From positions 125,603-189,602 of IMG/VR virus record IMGVR_UViG_3300027777_000023: a DNA stretch of 64,000 nucleotides. The stretch is one strand, 5' to 3'. This DNA comes from a virus. Below are positions 36,205-46,929 of the stretch, in pieces. A program made the translations under genes and the position numbers. How positions within the stretch are numbered: the stretch's first letter is position 1; every line of letters starts with the position of its first letter. The notes below the pieces were generated by a model that saw only the letters and a list, made by a program, of their open reading frames with translations, was not told the origin of the DNA and ran no database searches.

Positions 36205-38457
36205 ATGCGCAATACAACTTTACCCAAATACGCCGCTGACGACCAGATCGAAGGTGCGTTTTTCCAGCTGGCTTATCAAAGGCTTCAAGATACGCTTAAA
36301 AATCTTATTCCGTATTTGGTGGGGTTTGAGATTGTCAAAAAGAACGAAGATAACACAAAAGCTCTCGGCGTCTTCGGCTTTCGCTCCAACAGTGGACAAA
36401 TTCTCTATGTGCCTGCTTTTTTCATTAATGGTAAGGTTAAAAACCTAGATCTCCTATACAGCAAAAATAATGAGCAGTTTTATCCGTTAAACGAAGATTT
36501 TGCTGAAATGTTCATTAAGGAAGAGTTGCTTGGGCTCGGTGACAACTCAAAAGAGAACAGATCAGACATTATGCGTGACGCTACTCAGGGCGATTATCGC
36601 CAGATGAGTGTGCCTCCGCGTACAGGACGCTACGCCATTGCTTCTGTTATCGATTATGTCAAAGACAGCGACAATAACACCAAGAAAGCATTCACAGAGC
36701 TTATCGAGAAAGACGCAGAGTTCTGCGAAGCTGTTTTGCGTTTTTACCCCCTAGATAAGGTAGCCGCAGCTATTGTTCCTCTCGAGGACGGTGACAAGTA
36801 TCGCAAGTCTAGCAAGGCACCCAAAAAATTAAAGTTGATCCAGCCCACAGATAAAGACGAGGTCAAGAAGCTCACTCAGTCAGACAAGGAAACTCTTTTA
36901 ACTCAAGGATACGTTATCGTCGACGACCGAGCTGTAGATGAAAAATCTACCTTTGGTGCTGTAGACTATCTCAAGAAATTTACTAACCCTGACGAGTCCG
37001 GCTTCTATTCATACGTAACAAAGATGGGTGGGTTGCGCTATGGTTTGCTCATTGTGCGACCCAAGCAACTGCAGCAGGACTTTGCTACAGACGACACACT
37101 AGTGGTCGACCTTGACTCTAAGGACGGCACAACATACATCAAAGACCACAAGGGAGTATTCATCAAAGATCAGATTAGGGTGCAGGATTACTCAGCCGCA
37201 CACAAGATGATGGTGGATGTTGCTGAAGGTAAGCCTGGTTACTCTAACGTATACATCCTTATCAATGAGAACCTAAAGGCAACACAACCCTTTAGAATTA
37301 ACGCCAACTTCAAGGACGCTTCAGGTATTCGACGCATCTCTGTAGAGCCTTACAGCGAAGCTAACTGGTGCGATCGTGACGATAAGGGTGGCAAGTGGGA
37401 CAAGCCTGGTAGTGTACACGACCTTCCACGAGGCAACTACTACGAGCACCCCAAGAAAGCCAAAGAAGTGATGTTGGTGATGACCAAGCGCCAGAGCGAT
37501 CGTCTTGAGTACAAAGATTGTATGATCTACGTACCTTCAGGTTATAAATTGTTGAAGATTAATCCTGCAGACCATAATCGCCCTGTGATGCCGATGTATC
37601 CTGAGAACTCTCCAATGATCTCAAAAAAGGATAAAGAGGAAAGCAACAAGCGTAAACTTGAAGCAGAATCAGAAAAAGAAAAACTTGTTCAAGGCGAGCC
37701 GGGTTATCCTGGCACGTTGCACGGAATGTTAAGAGACAAAAACATTTTCCCAATGACAGTTCACACAAACGGTAGTGAATACTTTGTGGACATCGATGGA
37801 GCAAAGAAAAAGTACGAAGATCCAATTAAAGCCAAAATAGCTATGGTTATGGAGCTAGGACTTGACGAGAAGGTTGCCTCTGACTTGCTAGATAGCCTTG
37901 CCCCGGGGTTCACAAAGAAAGGACACGTCAAGCTTGCTTATACTGGTGATGTGTATCCTCAACCGTTTGAAGAGCAGCCCTATGTTAATGAGTTCGGACA
38001 GAACACTACAGTTGGGGTAGGTCAGGAAAACACATTACCTACCATGGATAGCTATACAGGTAATCCTACACGGCAGGACCTGGGCAGTATGCCTGAAATC
38101 AAAGGTATCGACCCTAAATATGTGACGCAGGCAGTGCAACTAGCCCAGAACGGGCAAAAGGAAATCTTTGACACACACATGCTAAGCACACTGGCAAAAT
38201 ATGTGGGTGTTAGCGATAAAATTTCTGAGTACCTTCCGTCAATGGTTGAAAGCATGGACCGCCTCGGCAGAATTTTGTTTTTGCTTCATTGGGAGACAGA
38301 TAAGTTTAAAGAAATGTATGGTCGCGGAGACCTGCCCGAACTTGTGGAGCTTGTCACTAGTGTGTTTAAGAACCTAGGAGACTTGATTATTTTCCTGAAG
38401 AGAAAATCTCCAGAGCTCAGCATCAACATGACTAAAACAGAAGGACTAGACGTCTAG
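36205..38457 (+). CDS. Large conserved-looking head-region protein with K-x-A motifs
   Basis: LPKYAADD, DKVAAA, EKVASD, VKLAYT; globular beta-rich and helical domains; function not recognised. Confidence 0.65.
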   Translation: MRNTTLPKYAADDQIEGAFFQLAYQRLQDTLKNLIPYLVGFEIVKKNEDNTKALGVFGFRSNSGQILYVPAFFINGKVKNLDLLYSKNNEQFYPLNEDFAEMFIKEELLGLGDNSKENRSDIMRDATQGDYRQMSVPPRTGRYAIASVIDYVKDSDNNTKKAFTELIEKDAEFCEAVLRFYPLDKVAAAIVPLEDGDKYRKSSKAPKKLKLIQPTDKDEVKKLTQSDKETLLTQGYVIVDDRAVDEKSTFGAVDYLKKFTNPDESGFYSYVTKMGGLRYGLLIVRPKQLQQDFATDDTLVVDLDSKDGTTYIKDHKGVFIKDQIRVQDYSAAHKMMVDVAEGKPGYSNVYILINENLKATQPFRINANFKDASGIRRISVEPYSEANWCDRDDKGGKWDKPGSVHDLPRGNYYEHPKKAKEVMLVMTKRQSDRLEYKDCMIYVPSGYKLLKINPADHNRPVMPMYPENSPMISKKDKEESNKRKLEAESEKEKLVQGEPGYPGTLHGMLRDKNIFPMTVHTNGSEYFVDIDGAKKKYEDPIKAKIAMVMELGLDEKVASDLLDSLAPGFTKKGHVKLAYTGDVYPQPFEEQPYVNEFGQNTTVGVGQENTLPTMDSYTGNPTRQDLGSMPEIKGIDPKYVTQAVQLAQNGQKEIFDTHMLSTLAKYVGVSDKISEYLPSMVESMDRLGRILFLLHWETDKFKEMYGRGDLPELVELVTSVFKNLGDLIIFLKRKSPELSINMTKTEGLDV

Positions 38458-38469
38458 TCCTTGGCGCGT

Positions 38470-39693
38470 ATGAGCCCTCAGGCATTACCGCCAACGCAGG
38501 AAGCAGCTCAGCCACAATTTCAAGAGCCTCAGGATACGTCCGCTTTTGATCGTTGGATGGCGTTAAAGCTGTTGCGTGAAAACATGCTGTACTCGAATCC
38601 TTCGACCTATGCAATGACAGACATTGCAGAAGATTTACCAGGTGCAGCTAAACCCGTAGGGCATGTATTGAAAAACGTACTGCCCTCAATGGCGATAATT
38701 CCAGAAGATCCCGAGGCACGCAGAGCTCAGATAGACCAAGCCATAGCAAGAATCAAATCTTCCAAAAGCTCAAAAGAAGAGCTGAAGAAAGAAATGCTGC
38801 ATAACGCCCTCAGTATGGGTAAGGCTACCGTCCTACCTTCATTAGCTTTTGCGCTGCTGGGTCCTCTATTATTCAGAAATCCTCTAGCTAGGGCTGCCGT
38901 AACCAAAGGAACACCATGGAAAGCCATGTCTGCAACAGCACGAGCCGCCGAGAAAGCTGCTCTTGGCGCTAGGATTGCCGCCCGTGACGCTTTAAGCCCA
39001 GCTGCGCGTGCGGCTGCAGATGCCGCAGAGCACGCAAACTACCTTAAGTCCAACCAATTTCGCAGACCGCTTCGGTCCTTTATTTCCCTAGACGGCATTA
39101 AAAAATTTATTGGCGATTCTCGCTATAGAAAAGCAGCTTTAAATAAAGCCGTGTTTTCAGACACGCTTCCTTTTGTAGGTGCAGCTGCCCTGAGCGGCGC
39201 AATCACACCCGCACTGGCCTATGGCTCTCAAGTATCGGACAAAGCTCTTGGTGAGGCTCGTAAAGTAATGGAGGAGCAGCCATACATTACAAGTCTCCCA
39301 GCATCTGAAATGCTCAGCGTCATCAAACAGAATCAAGGAGAAAAGGAAAACACACCGCTGCAAAATATAGGTACAGGTACAGCGCTGGGCGCCATAACTG
39401 GAGGCTTGGGTGGATTGACTCCTGCTGCTGTTAAGGCCGCAATAGCCATAGCGTCATTCGGTAAGTTTGGACCTAAAGGAGGACTAGGTGGTGCAAATTT
39501 CTTGAACAGCCTAAAGCGTGATGTGATGTTGGGCACAACTGGAGGTGCACTCACTGGAGCATTGTCAGGAGCATCAACGAAGAACTATATCGAGGATGAG
39601 TATAATAGGATGCATGACGAGCAGTCTCAAGCATCATCATCACCACAATTACCGCAGAATGAACGCCCGAAATCTACTTCCTATACGATTTAA
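38470..39693 (+). CDS. Ala/Gly-rich multi-TM glycine-zipper protein
   Basis: IGTGTALGAITGGLGG, LGTTGGALTGALSG, VGAAALSGAIT. Confidence 0.65.
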   Translation: MSPQALPPTQEAAQPQFQEPQDTSAFDRWMALKLLRENMLYSNPSTYAMTDIAEDLPGAAKPVGHVLKNVLPSMAIIPEDPEARRAQIDQAIARIKSSKSSKEELKKEMLHNALSMGKATVLPSLAFALLGPLLFRNPLARAAVTKGTPWKAMSATARAAEKAALGARIAARDALSPAARAAADAAEHANYLKSNQFRRPLRSFISLDGIKKFIGDSRYRKAALNKAVFSDTLPFVGAAALSGAITPALAYGSQVSDKALGEARKVMEEQPYITSLPASEMLSVIKQNQGEKENTPLQNIGTGTALGAITGGLGGLTPAAVKAAIAIASFGKFGPKGGLGGANFLNSLKRDVMLGTTGGALTGALSGASTKNYIEDEYNRMHDEQSQASSSPQLPQNERPKSTSYTI

Positions 39694-40750
39694 TCAGATC
39701 GGCTCGTTTTATAACTTTCCTAATTGGCGATATTTAATATATCTCGAACCGGACAGAGCTAACCTGGCGTACTGTAAAAGAAAACCCAAGGACGGTGCGC
39801 GCTGCCTTGTACGCTATATGAGCAAGCACAAAGAGATTGCAGACAGTGTTGTTGTACCGTATTCGCTAACACCTTTTTGCTTAAAGGCGGTCAACAAACT
39901 AAACAATCAGCAAAAAGAAGTATTTTACAAGCTATTCAATAAGAAGTTAAAGCTGCAAGGCGATCGCAAGATATACACAAGAACCTACAAGGAAGAAAAG
40001 GTTGAGGTGTGGAATGCCAAGTACATATCCCTGGTGACAGATCGTGCTCTTCGCGATTTTTTATATCATGTGACCAATATTAAGTATTCTGCAAACTATG
40101 ACTTTGCTGTAAAGTACAGAAACTCAAAAGAACAACAGCGGAATTTTTGTGTGGTAGGCTATTGCATATTTGCTGGATTATCTGATGCGATCATAGCCCA
40201 TAGATATAAACTATACCCTGGCCAAGTAAAGGCGTTAAGAGAGCTGTTCTTTGACTTTAGCAACGCACCTACAGACATTGTCGCAAGAGCTGCTTATTTT
40301 ACACAGCTGGCAGACAATCAAATAATCAGTGATGTTGATCGCCGGTACTTCAAGATCATTGGTTCTCTTGGTGAGCTAGGTCTCAAGGCAGATGCTGACC
40401 CGTCCTGCCTTACCTTGGACGAGAAAGAAAAGCTTAACTCATATCTAGCCGATTCAATGCTAGAAAACGTCACGTCGTTATATTTCGCTATAGAGGACAA
40501 GAAAGATGCTTTGGCCTATAACGGAGTCATAAATAATCTGGCATCATTCTTTATCAAACGTGAAGAAATTAATTACTACAGGTCTAAGGTACGTAACCTT
40601 GACGCCAGCACGAACAGAATAGTTAATGAACGCACAGACTATGGTTCAGGTATGCAAGAAGACGACATACTAGCCATGGATATGATCTCTAAGCTGGCGC
40701 TGCAAGAAAATGTGCTACCAGAATATAAAGTAATTACTGAATTGAACTAA
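39659..40750 (+). CDS. Hypothetical helical protein (possible terminase small subunit or DNA-binding protein)
   Basis: HTH-like segment AGLSDAIIAHRYKLYPGQVKALRELFFDF; function is a weak guess. Confidence 0.3.
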   Translation: MNARNLLPIRFNQIGSFYNFPNWRYLIYLEPDRANLAYCKRKPKDGARCLVRYMSKHKEIADSVVVPYSLTPFCLKAVNKLNNQQKEVFYKLFNKKLKLQGDRKIYTRTYKEEKVEVWNAKYISLVTDRALRDFLYHVTNIKYSANYDFAVKYRNSKEQQRNFCVVGYCIFAGLSDAIIAHRYKLYPGQVKALRELFFDFSNAPTDIVARAAYFTQLADNQIISDVDRRYFKIIGSLGELGLKADADPSCLTLDEKEKLNSYLADSMLENVTSLYFAIEDKKDALAYNGVINNLASFFIKREEINYYRSKVRNLDASTNRIVNERTDYGSGMQEDDILAMDMISKLALQENVLPEYKVITELN

Positions 40751-40783
40751 TTTAGAAACCATGATATAACTATAGATAATTAT

Positions 40784-42274
40784 ATGGACGAGCCAAACAT
40801 TCTCATTAAAACCGCACTCAATGACGCAGTGCAAAAAGTAAATGAAGGGATGACCCCTACAGCTGCTCTGCGTAAAGTTGCTAGCGACCTTGACCTTAAT
40901 CCAAACTATATCCAGCGCACAGGAGAAGCATTGAATGTAGCCTTGCATTACAAGCACTTTAAAACCGCCTCAGACCGTTCCACCGAGTTTGAGATCGCTG
41001 ACATCCCTGCAGCTATTGAAGGAACGTTTCTACGTAGCGAAAAAACAGCTGCAGAGTATGTTTCTGAGGAGTTTTCTGTGGGTGATGCAAGTGCAACTGT
41101 GTTTAACTACAACAGAATGCTGACTAATCCTGTTTACAAGCGGGCTTTTATGGAGATTGCAGGAGCTACTGAAACGCATGACTCCTATCCCGCCACATTT
41201 AATACAGTCTACGAAAAGTCTGCAAATTACATCAAAAAGCTGTCTAAGACGGCTGAAGAAGCAGAGGTAACTAAGGTGGGTGCCGAGATTGAGCTCAATG
41301 AAAAGTTCTCTTCTTTGTGCGATGAATTTAGACGCGATGCTGGTTATAGGACAGCTTTTGAAGAGTTCGAATCTCAGGTCTTCGCCAAGCACGGTTCTGC
41401 ATCTTTACCCTATATCAATCTTCTGCACAAAACGGCTTGTCCTCACGAAGAGCGTGGAGTCCATGACGATGCGTATATGATGTTTGACCAGTGCAAAGAG
41501 GCACAGTGGTTTGATTCTTTAATGCTTGCTGCAACCACAATGGTTGAGTCGGAAAAAAAGGCAGCCGAAGCTCTTGATAACCTTTCGTTTGAAAATAGCT
41601 TTGTTAAGGAATGCCGTATGTTGATGGGTAAAGTGGGGGCTGAAAAAGAAGAATCCGCAGCACATGAAAATGCTGAAACTGCAGAAGAAGAAGCCAAGGA
41701 AGAAAAAACCGAGAACGAGGAAGAAGATCCTGTTCTTGCAGCAATTAAAAAAAAAGCCTCAGTCTCTGAATTAGAGGCAACCGCAAATTATAGCGATGAC
41801 CCTGTGGCAGATAAAGCCATGGAGAAAGAGGCTATATTTGGTAAATTACTGACATTTGGTGGGCTGTTGCAGCACGGCGGAGAAAGCTTTGCAGGTATGA
41901 TGCACCCGCCTGTATCCGAAGCTTTCAATCATCATTTTAGGGCACCAAAAGGACCACCACCCATTAAACCTAACTTGACTCTTGAGAACATGGAGCGCAA
42001 GCTTCTACTTCAAGAGCTAATGATGACAGATCCGATTCTGTCTAAGGTTAATCCAGCTAAAGTAGCTCGGGCGTTTGAACAATTGTTGAGACTCTCACCA
42101 GAAATCTCTAAAGAAAAAGAAGTTGTACGGGCAGAGCTCCGCGCAATGGTATCTTCTCAGGCGTTGAGTAAGTTTGACGCTGAGTTGATGGCTAAGACAG
42201 ATGTAGGTATGCTTAAACGCCGCCTAGCTACGCAAGAATTCAACAGAGGTGAAACGCAAAACTTCAGACTTTAA
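40784..42274 (+). CDS. K-x-A-dense helical protein (putative internal head/core protein)
   Basis: About 13 K-x-A sites, including IKTAL, RKVAS, FKTAS, EKTAA, EKSAN, SKTAE, KKAAE, KKAS, EKEAI. Confidence 0.65.
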   Translation: MDEPNILIKTALNDAVQKVNEGMTPTAALRKVASDLDLNPNYIQRTGEALNVALHYKHFKTASDRSTEFEIADIPAAIEGTFLRSEKTAAEYVSEEFSVGDASATVFNYNRMLTNPVYKRAFMEIAGATETHDSYPATFNTVYEKSANYIKKLSKTAEEAEVTKVGAEIELNEKFSSLCDEFRRDAGYRTAFEEFESQVFAKHGSASLPYINLLHKTACPHEERGVHDDAYMMFDQCKEAQWFDSLMLAATTMVESEKKAAEALDNLSFENSFVKECRMLMGKVGAEKEESAAHENAETAEEEAKEEKTENEEEDPVLAAIKKKASVSELEATANYSDDPVADKAMEKEAIFGKLLTFGGLLQHGGESFAGMMHPPVSEAFNHHFRAPKGPPPIKPNLTLENMERKLLLQELMMTDPILSKVNPAKVARAFEQLLRLSPEISKEKEVVRAELRAMVSSQALSKFDAELMAKTDVGMLKRRLATQEFNRGETQNFRL

Positions 42275-42279
42275 TACTT

Positions 42280-42654
42280 ATGCCTGCATTACTTAAAATT
42301 AAAAGATTTATTGAAAACGATGTGTGGAAAATCAATTTTTCCCTCGATATAAATTCACTGTCAGAACACGACAAAGATCTGATTAGAAAGTTCGGTGAAC
42401 CGCAAATCAATATTGGTGGAGTGTATCTAGCTGAAACACTCAACACATACACTTTACCTGATAAATATCTTCGCGTGCGTTCTGATTTGCCGTTTACGCA
42501 GGAATTCGATTCAAAGTCGCCAGATTTTGAGACAGCCACGCAAGCTAAGGCGCAGGCTTTCCAAGACACCTTTACAGCACTGTACCTGGGAGCTTTCACA
42601 ACACTACGCACCAGCACAGACACATTCACTGGTGAGTATGTCGAAAACATTTAA
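42280..42654 (+). CDS. Hypothetical protein
   Basis: 124-aa ORF in the head operon. Confidence 0.7.
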   Translation: MPALLKIKRFIENDVWKINFSLDINSLSEHDKDLIRKFGEPQINIGGVYLAETLNTYTLPDKYLRVRSDLPFTQEFDSKSPDFETATQAKAQAFQDTFTALYLGAFTTLRTSTDTFTGEYVENI

Positions 42655-42655
42655 T

Positions 42656-44308
42656 ATGTTTGAGCAACAAGCAAACATTAAAACAGCAGCAGGAACAGTA
42701 CTGGCTCTTGATGCCGCTAAGGCGTTGGGTAAAGGGCTACCTCTAGGTATCGGCTCGATTATTGCAGGCATATCAGGTATCAGCAGACTACCTAAAGGAG
42801 ATTATCTTGGTGCGGGTATAGACTTTGCTTCTGCCGCAACCAGCCCATTTTTGACTCCTGTAGCTCTAGGATTGGATGCGATTAACTTTGCTCGAGATAT
42901 GTCTCGTAATGGCGAGTCTACACCTCAAGAGCAAAGACGAAATCGTTTCATTGCTCCTGATGGTGGTTTGCAAGAGGAGTCACCCGAATATAGATTTATA
43001 AATAATCCAATGAATAAGACTGCACAAGCTCAAAAAAAAGCCGCCAATTCCCAGTTTAGACAAGATCTGACAAATCCTTCCGCAGGAGCAGATTCAGATC
43101 TGTATAAGGCTATCGAACCCATGATTTCCTCAAATTCTGACGCAATGCTACGCGGAGCAGATGCCGAACGGATCAATGCTTTGAAAGAGCAGGTCAGAAA
43201 AGGTATGGTGGGATTAGAATATATGACCGGACTGAAAAAGAACACCGGTGAGACTTTCTATGATAAGCATCCTGTAGAGGCGACAACAACAGACTTACTA
43301 GGTAATGCGGCTCCTCTAGGTGCAGGTGTGGCCGGTGCAGGTATATTAGCTAATATGCGGCGCCAGAGAAGTAACATGCTCAAGACAGAGCCTGCCAAGA
43401 TGTCCAGGTCTGAGAATTCTCATGATACCACAAATCCTGCGAATCTGCTCGACCCACATCACGGACCTGCCAGATCAGACGTCTCTAGATTGTTTGGGGA
43501 TCTTGAGAATAATCCAGAAAAGCGACTAGCTTTGCTCGATCAACTTTCTGGTAGCGATCCCGGAGACCCTAACTCTTTTCTAGGTAAACACAAGAATATC
43601 CAAGGGAAACAAAAGGAGCTTATTGATGCGCATAATCTAGCACAGCAAGATATACAGAATAAGTTATCAGGAGCGACGACCAAACCCGAGGTAGCTCAAC
43701 TGGAGGCACTTATGCGTTCCGGTGACACAACGCACAAGGCTTCTTTGGCTAAGCTTGAGCAGGAAACTAAAAAGTTGATGTCAGCAGCTAAAAGCCACGG
43801 CGACAACGCCGGGCTGCATAAGTATGTTAATCTTCATGAATCTTTGCGCAGAGCCAGAGAAAAAGGCGGACTAAAAAGCTATATTGGCGAAGGGCTAAGC
43901 TCGCTTGGAGGTGTGGGTGATCTTTTGGAAAAATACCACATCACCGGAGCCAATCCTCATTATAACGAAGAAATTATCAAGAACATCGTGTCTGAGTATG
44001 GAGGGTCCCACACATCTCCAGAAGAAATGCGTAAATTCATTGAAGGTACGTTGCAACGCATAGGTGATCCGCATCACCAGGCCTCCGGCTTGCGAAAAGC
44101 TTTTTCAAGAGCAAAAATACCTCTAGCTGCAGGAGCTGCCACAGCTGCAGGGGGTATGGGTTTGTACCATTTGTTAAAAGGTATCCAAAACCAAAACTAC
44201 TCAAAGGGTCAGACGGCTGAATGGAAAAAAACTCTTTTAAAATCTCGCGGAGACTTTGACGCCGCTAAACGAGTTGAAGAAGAGCAACAGGCAACACAAC
44301 CAAGATAA
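42656..44308 (+). CDS. K-x-A motif protein with glycine-zipper TM segments
   Basis: IKTAAG, NKTAQAQKKAANS; LGAGVAGAGIL; LAAGAATAAGGMGLYHLL. Start at TAATATG. Confidence 0.65.
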   Translation: MFEQQANIKTAAGTVLALDAAKALGKGLPLGIGSIIAGISGISRLPKGDYLGAGIDFASAATSPFLTPVALGLDAINFARDMSRNGESTPQEQRRNRFIAPDGGLQEESPEYRFINNPMNKTAQAQKKAANSQFRQDLTNPSAGADSDLYKAIEPMISSNSDAMLRGADAERINALKEQVRKGMVGLEYMTGLKKNTGETFYDKHPVEATTTDLLGNAAPLGAGVAGAGILANMRRQRSNMLKTEPAKMSRSENSHDTTNPANLLDPHHGPARSDVSRLFGDLENNPEKRLALLDQLSGSDPGDPNSFLGKHKNIQGKQKELIDAHNLAQQDIQNKLSGATTKPEVAQLEALMRSGDTTHKASLAKLEQETKKLMSAAKSHGDNAGLHKYVNLHESLRRAREKGGLKSYIGEGLSSLGGVGDLLEKYHITGANPHYNEEIIKNIVSEYGGSHTSPEEMRKFIEGTLQRIGDPHHQASGLRKAFSRAKIPLAAGAATAAGGMGLYHLLKGIQNQNYSKGQTAEWKKTLLKSRGDFDAAKRVEEEQQATQPR

Positions 44309-44312
44309 CTCT

Positions 44313-46871
44313 ATGTATAAAGGACTTATTAAATTTAGTGCTACAGAAGATTGGAATTGGGATACAGAGCCGGTGCAGCTCTTACACAACTCCAATACAC
44401 TTACAAAGGCTGGCGCAGCTAATGACGAGCTTCGTGCAGAAAAAACAGCAGGTCAGACAGATGCATTGGTTATTGCTCTTGGAGCGTATGAAGGCACAGG
44501 TGCCAACCGCAACGGCGATATCTTTAAAGAGGCTGAATGCCTTAAACACTATAAGACTTTTGTAAAGTCCGGTAGTCGAGGAAAAGACGGTAAACATGAT
44601 GGTCGTGCTTTAAACCGGCATCATAAGAACAAACCAGAAGATCCTAAGTACGGCAACATCAAAGCAGCCGCGTACAACCAGAAAATGAAGCGCATCGAGC
44701 TTGTTATCGGCATGGATAATGACAAATGCGCAGAAGAAATTCAAAAGCTTGCAGAGGGTAAGCAAATTAATGTAAGTATGGCTGCTAAGGTCGCTTATGA
44801 TAAATGTTTTGTTGCAGGTACTCTTGTAGAGACGACTGATGGGCTTATACCTATCGAGAAGCTCTGTGTCGGAGATTTAGTAAAAACACATACAGGTGGC
44901 TGGAAGCCTGTGGTCAGGCTTTTTGAGCGGGAATATATTGGAGATGTGTATACCTTGGAGGCGCGAGGCGTTGCTTTTGATACGGATATGACTGAAGGAC
45001 ACCCAGTATACGTGCTGCGCGAGGAAAAGGTCAGGAACGGTACACTGAATGGGCGAGGAACAGCACGAAGAATAGATCGAGAAAAAATACAATTTACGCC
45101 AGACTGGATTAACATAGAGGATGTTAACGATGGTGATTTTTTACTATACCCGATCCCGTCTTCAGATAACTCGCTAGACTTATCCAGACACGCATATGCT
45201 TTGGGGCTTTATCTTGGAGACGGAGCCATAATATGGTCTCGTGGTAAAGATAACACAAAGCCTTTAGGTTTGTCGTGGACCTTTGATGATAAAGATGTGG
45301 AAATTGTGGACAGGCTTGTGGCGCTGTATCCTGCTGCCAAAAAGTATCATTATTCGGACAAACACTGCTACAGTGTATGTCTGCGCGATAAGGAACTTGC
45401 TCAGCTGGCCTACAGCTATTGTGGTGTGTATAGCTCAGAGAAATTCATACATGTCTCCTTGATAGCCAACGCCACTGTTGAGACTCGTCAACTATTTGTG
45501 GCTGGTTATTTGGACTCGGACGGATCTATAGATGGCGTGAAGCTAAGTGGACGTATTAGTAGTATTAACGTCGATGTGATATATTCTTTGCGACAACTCC
45601 TGCTGTCTTTGGAGATTCCTTGCGGCTGGCAAAAATCACCCACATTTGAATATAACTCAGATAAGCCAACCGGAGAGTACATTCACTCAATACATATCGG
45701 CGCATTTTATTGTGACAAGTACTTCAGCAGCTCTGTAAAAGTTCAAAAATATGGTGGGTTTAAGCCTAAACAGGATAAAGCCTTCATTCATTCAGGTTAC
45801 CTAATTACGCCTGTGCGGGAAATTACAAGCACCACATCGACGCAAACAAAAGTATTCAACGTACAAGTGGAGGACGATGAGTCTTATGTAGTTCACGGAT
45901 TTATTGTACATAACTGTACATGGTGCGGTTATGAGGCTAAGGATGACCGACACAGATGTAAGCATGTTCCTAAAGAATTGGGTGAGATTAATAAGCGTGG
46001 AGAAATGTGCAGCATGGATAACATAGACCCAAAATGGTTCGAGCTTTCCATAGTAGGTCGCCCCGCAGATCGCATCGGCATGTCTTTGAAATTAGCCTCT
46101 GACAACAACTACATCAAAACAGCAAATGATTATCGTGAGCTGTATCCGGGTTTTGTTGCTCCTGATGATGAAGATAACTATTTGAGAATTTCCAAATATG
46201 CTTCAGAAAAACGTTCACTTGTTCGTAAACTAGCAGCTATTGAAAAACACATCGACGGAGTGATTGAAGGCGGACCTAAAAACTCTAAAGATAAGTATTT
46301 GGCCGAGCAGAAAGGTAAGATTAATCATGCTGACGGTATCTCTGAATCCGCAATGGATGAGCTTCGTAAATACGAGCCCTCTAAACTGTTAAAAGCCTTA
46401 GCAGATCACGGAATCGTGTTTTCACCAGAAGACTTTGTGAAATATACTTTTGGGGCTGAATCTTTAAAGAATACTGGAGGTATGGTTGGCAAGATGAAGA
46501 AACACTTGCCGTCTATGTTTTCTGATATTGAAGAAGACGGAGACGATGTAATCAATGATGAGAAGTACGAACCGTCGCATTCAGACATTATGCCGAAAGG
46601 TATCATGAACATTGTGCGTGGACTTATGGATGACCACTCGTTATTTGATAAGCCTTCACATGGCAGAATTATGAGAATCACGATTGTCAAAAAGATGCCG
46701 CACGCTAAACTCAGTGGTAGAAGTCATGAAAAGGAAATGCCTAAAGAGGCAGCAATTAAAGAAATAGCCAAGCAGTATGCTGCCTATAAACTAGCTGCAT
46801 TGAGATATTTAGACTCTCAAGATAAGCTTGATGAAGAGCTAGTATTTAATACTTTGGTACAAAATAGATAA
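44313..46871 (+). CDS. Prohead (capsid maturation) protease with Zn-finger insert, interrupted by an intein
   Basis: LNRHH (candidate His), INVSMAAKVAYDK|CTWCG (candidate Ser; SMxxxVxxDxCxxCG pattern), ELSIVGRPAD; located upstream of scaffold and MCP. Confidence 0.75.
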   Translation: MYKGLIKFSATEDWNWDTEPVQLLHNSNTLTKAGAANDELRAEKTAGQTDALVIALGAYEGTGANRNGDIFKEAECLKHYKTFVKSGSRGKDGKHDGRALNRHHKNKPEDPKYGNIKAAAYNQKMKRIELVIGMDNDKCAEEIQKLAEGKQINVSMAAKVAYDKCFVAGTLVETTDGLIPIEKLCVGDLVKTHTGGWKPVVRLFEREYIGDVYTLEARGVAFDTDMTEGHPVYVLREEKVRNGTLNGRGTARRIDREKIQFTPDWINIEDVNDGDFLLYPIPSSDNSLDLSRHAYALGLYLGDGAIIWSRGKDNTKPLGLSWTFDDKDVEIVDRLVALYPAAKKYHYSDKHCYSVCLRDKELAQLAYSYCGVYSSEKFIHVSLIANATVETRQLFVAGYLDSDGSIDGVKLSGRISSINVDVIYSLRQLLLSLEIPCGWQKSPTFEYNSDKPTGEYIHSIHIGAFYCDKYFSSSVKVQKYGGFKPKQDKAFIHSGYLITPVREITSTTSTQTKVFNVQVEDDESYVVHGFIVHNCTWCGYEAKDDRHRCKHVPKELGEINKRGEMCSMDNIDPKWFELSIVGRPADRIGMSLKLASDNNYIKTANDYRELYPGFVAPDDEDNYLRISKYASEKRSLVRKLAAIEKHIDGVIEGGPKNSKDKYLAEQKGKINHADGISESAMDELRKYEPSKLLKALADHGIVFSPEDFVKYTFGAESLKNTGGMVGKMKKHLPSMFSDIEEDGDDVINDEKYEPSHSDIMPKGIMNIVRGLMDDHSLFDKPSHGRIMRITIVKKMPHAKLSGRSHEKEMPKEAAIKEIAKQYAAYKLAALRYLDSQDKLDEELVFNTLVQNR
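44805..45914 (+). mobile_element. Intein (370 aa) with LAGLIDADG homing endonuclease
   Basis: Starts CFVAGTLVET; block B TEGHPVYV; LGLYLGDG and VAGYLDSDGS; ends VFNVQVEDDESYVVHGFIVHN, followed by Cys+1. Confidence 0.96.
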
Positions 46872-46878
46872 AAAATAC

Positions 46879-46907
46879 TTGGAACAAGTGCAAAATTCGG
46901 TTAACAT
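46879..46907 (+). promoter_or_regulatory. sigma70-like promoter
   Basis: TTGGAA-N17-TAACAT. Confidence 0.45.
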
Positions 46908-46929
46908 TTAAAAATATAACTAAAAACTT

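Noticed and set aside
36205-38457. 750-aa head-region protein as the portal
   Set aside because: I recognise no portal motifs. No portal or large terminase is identifiable in this window; they are probably elsewhere in the genome.
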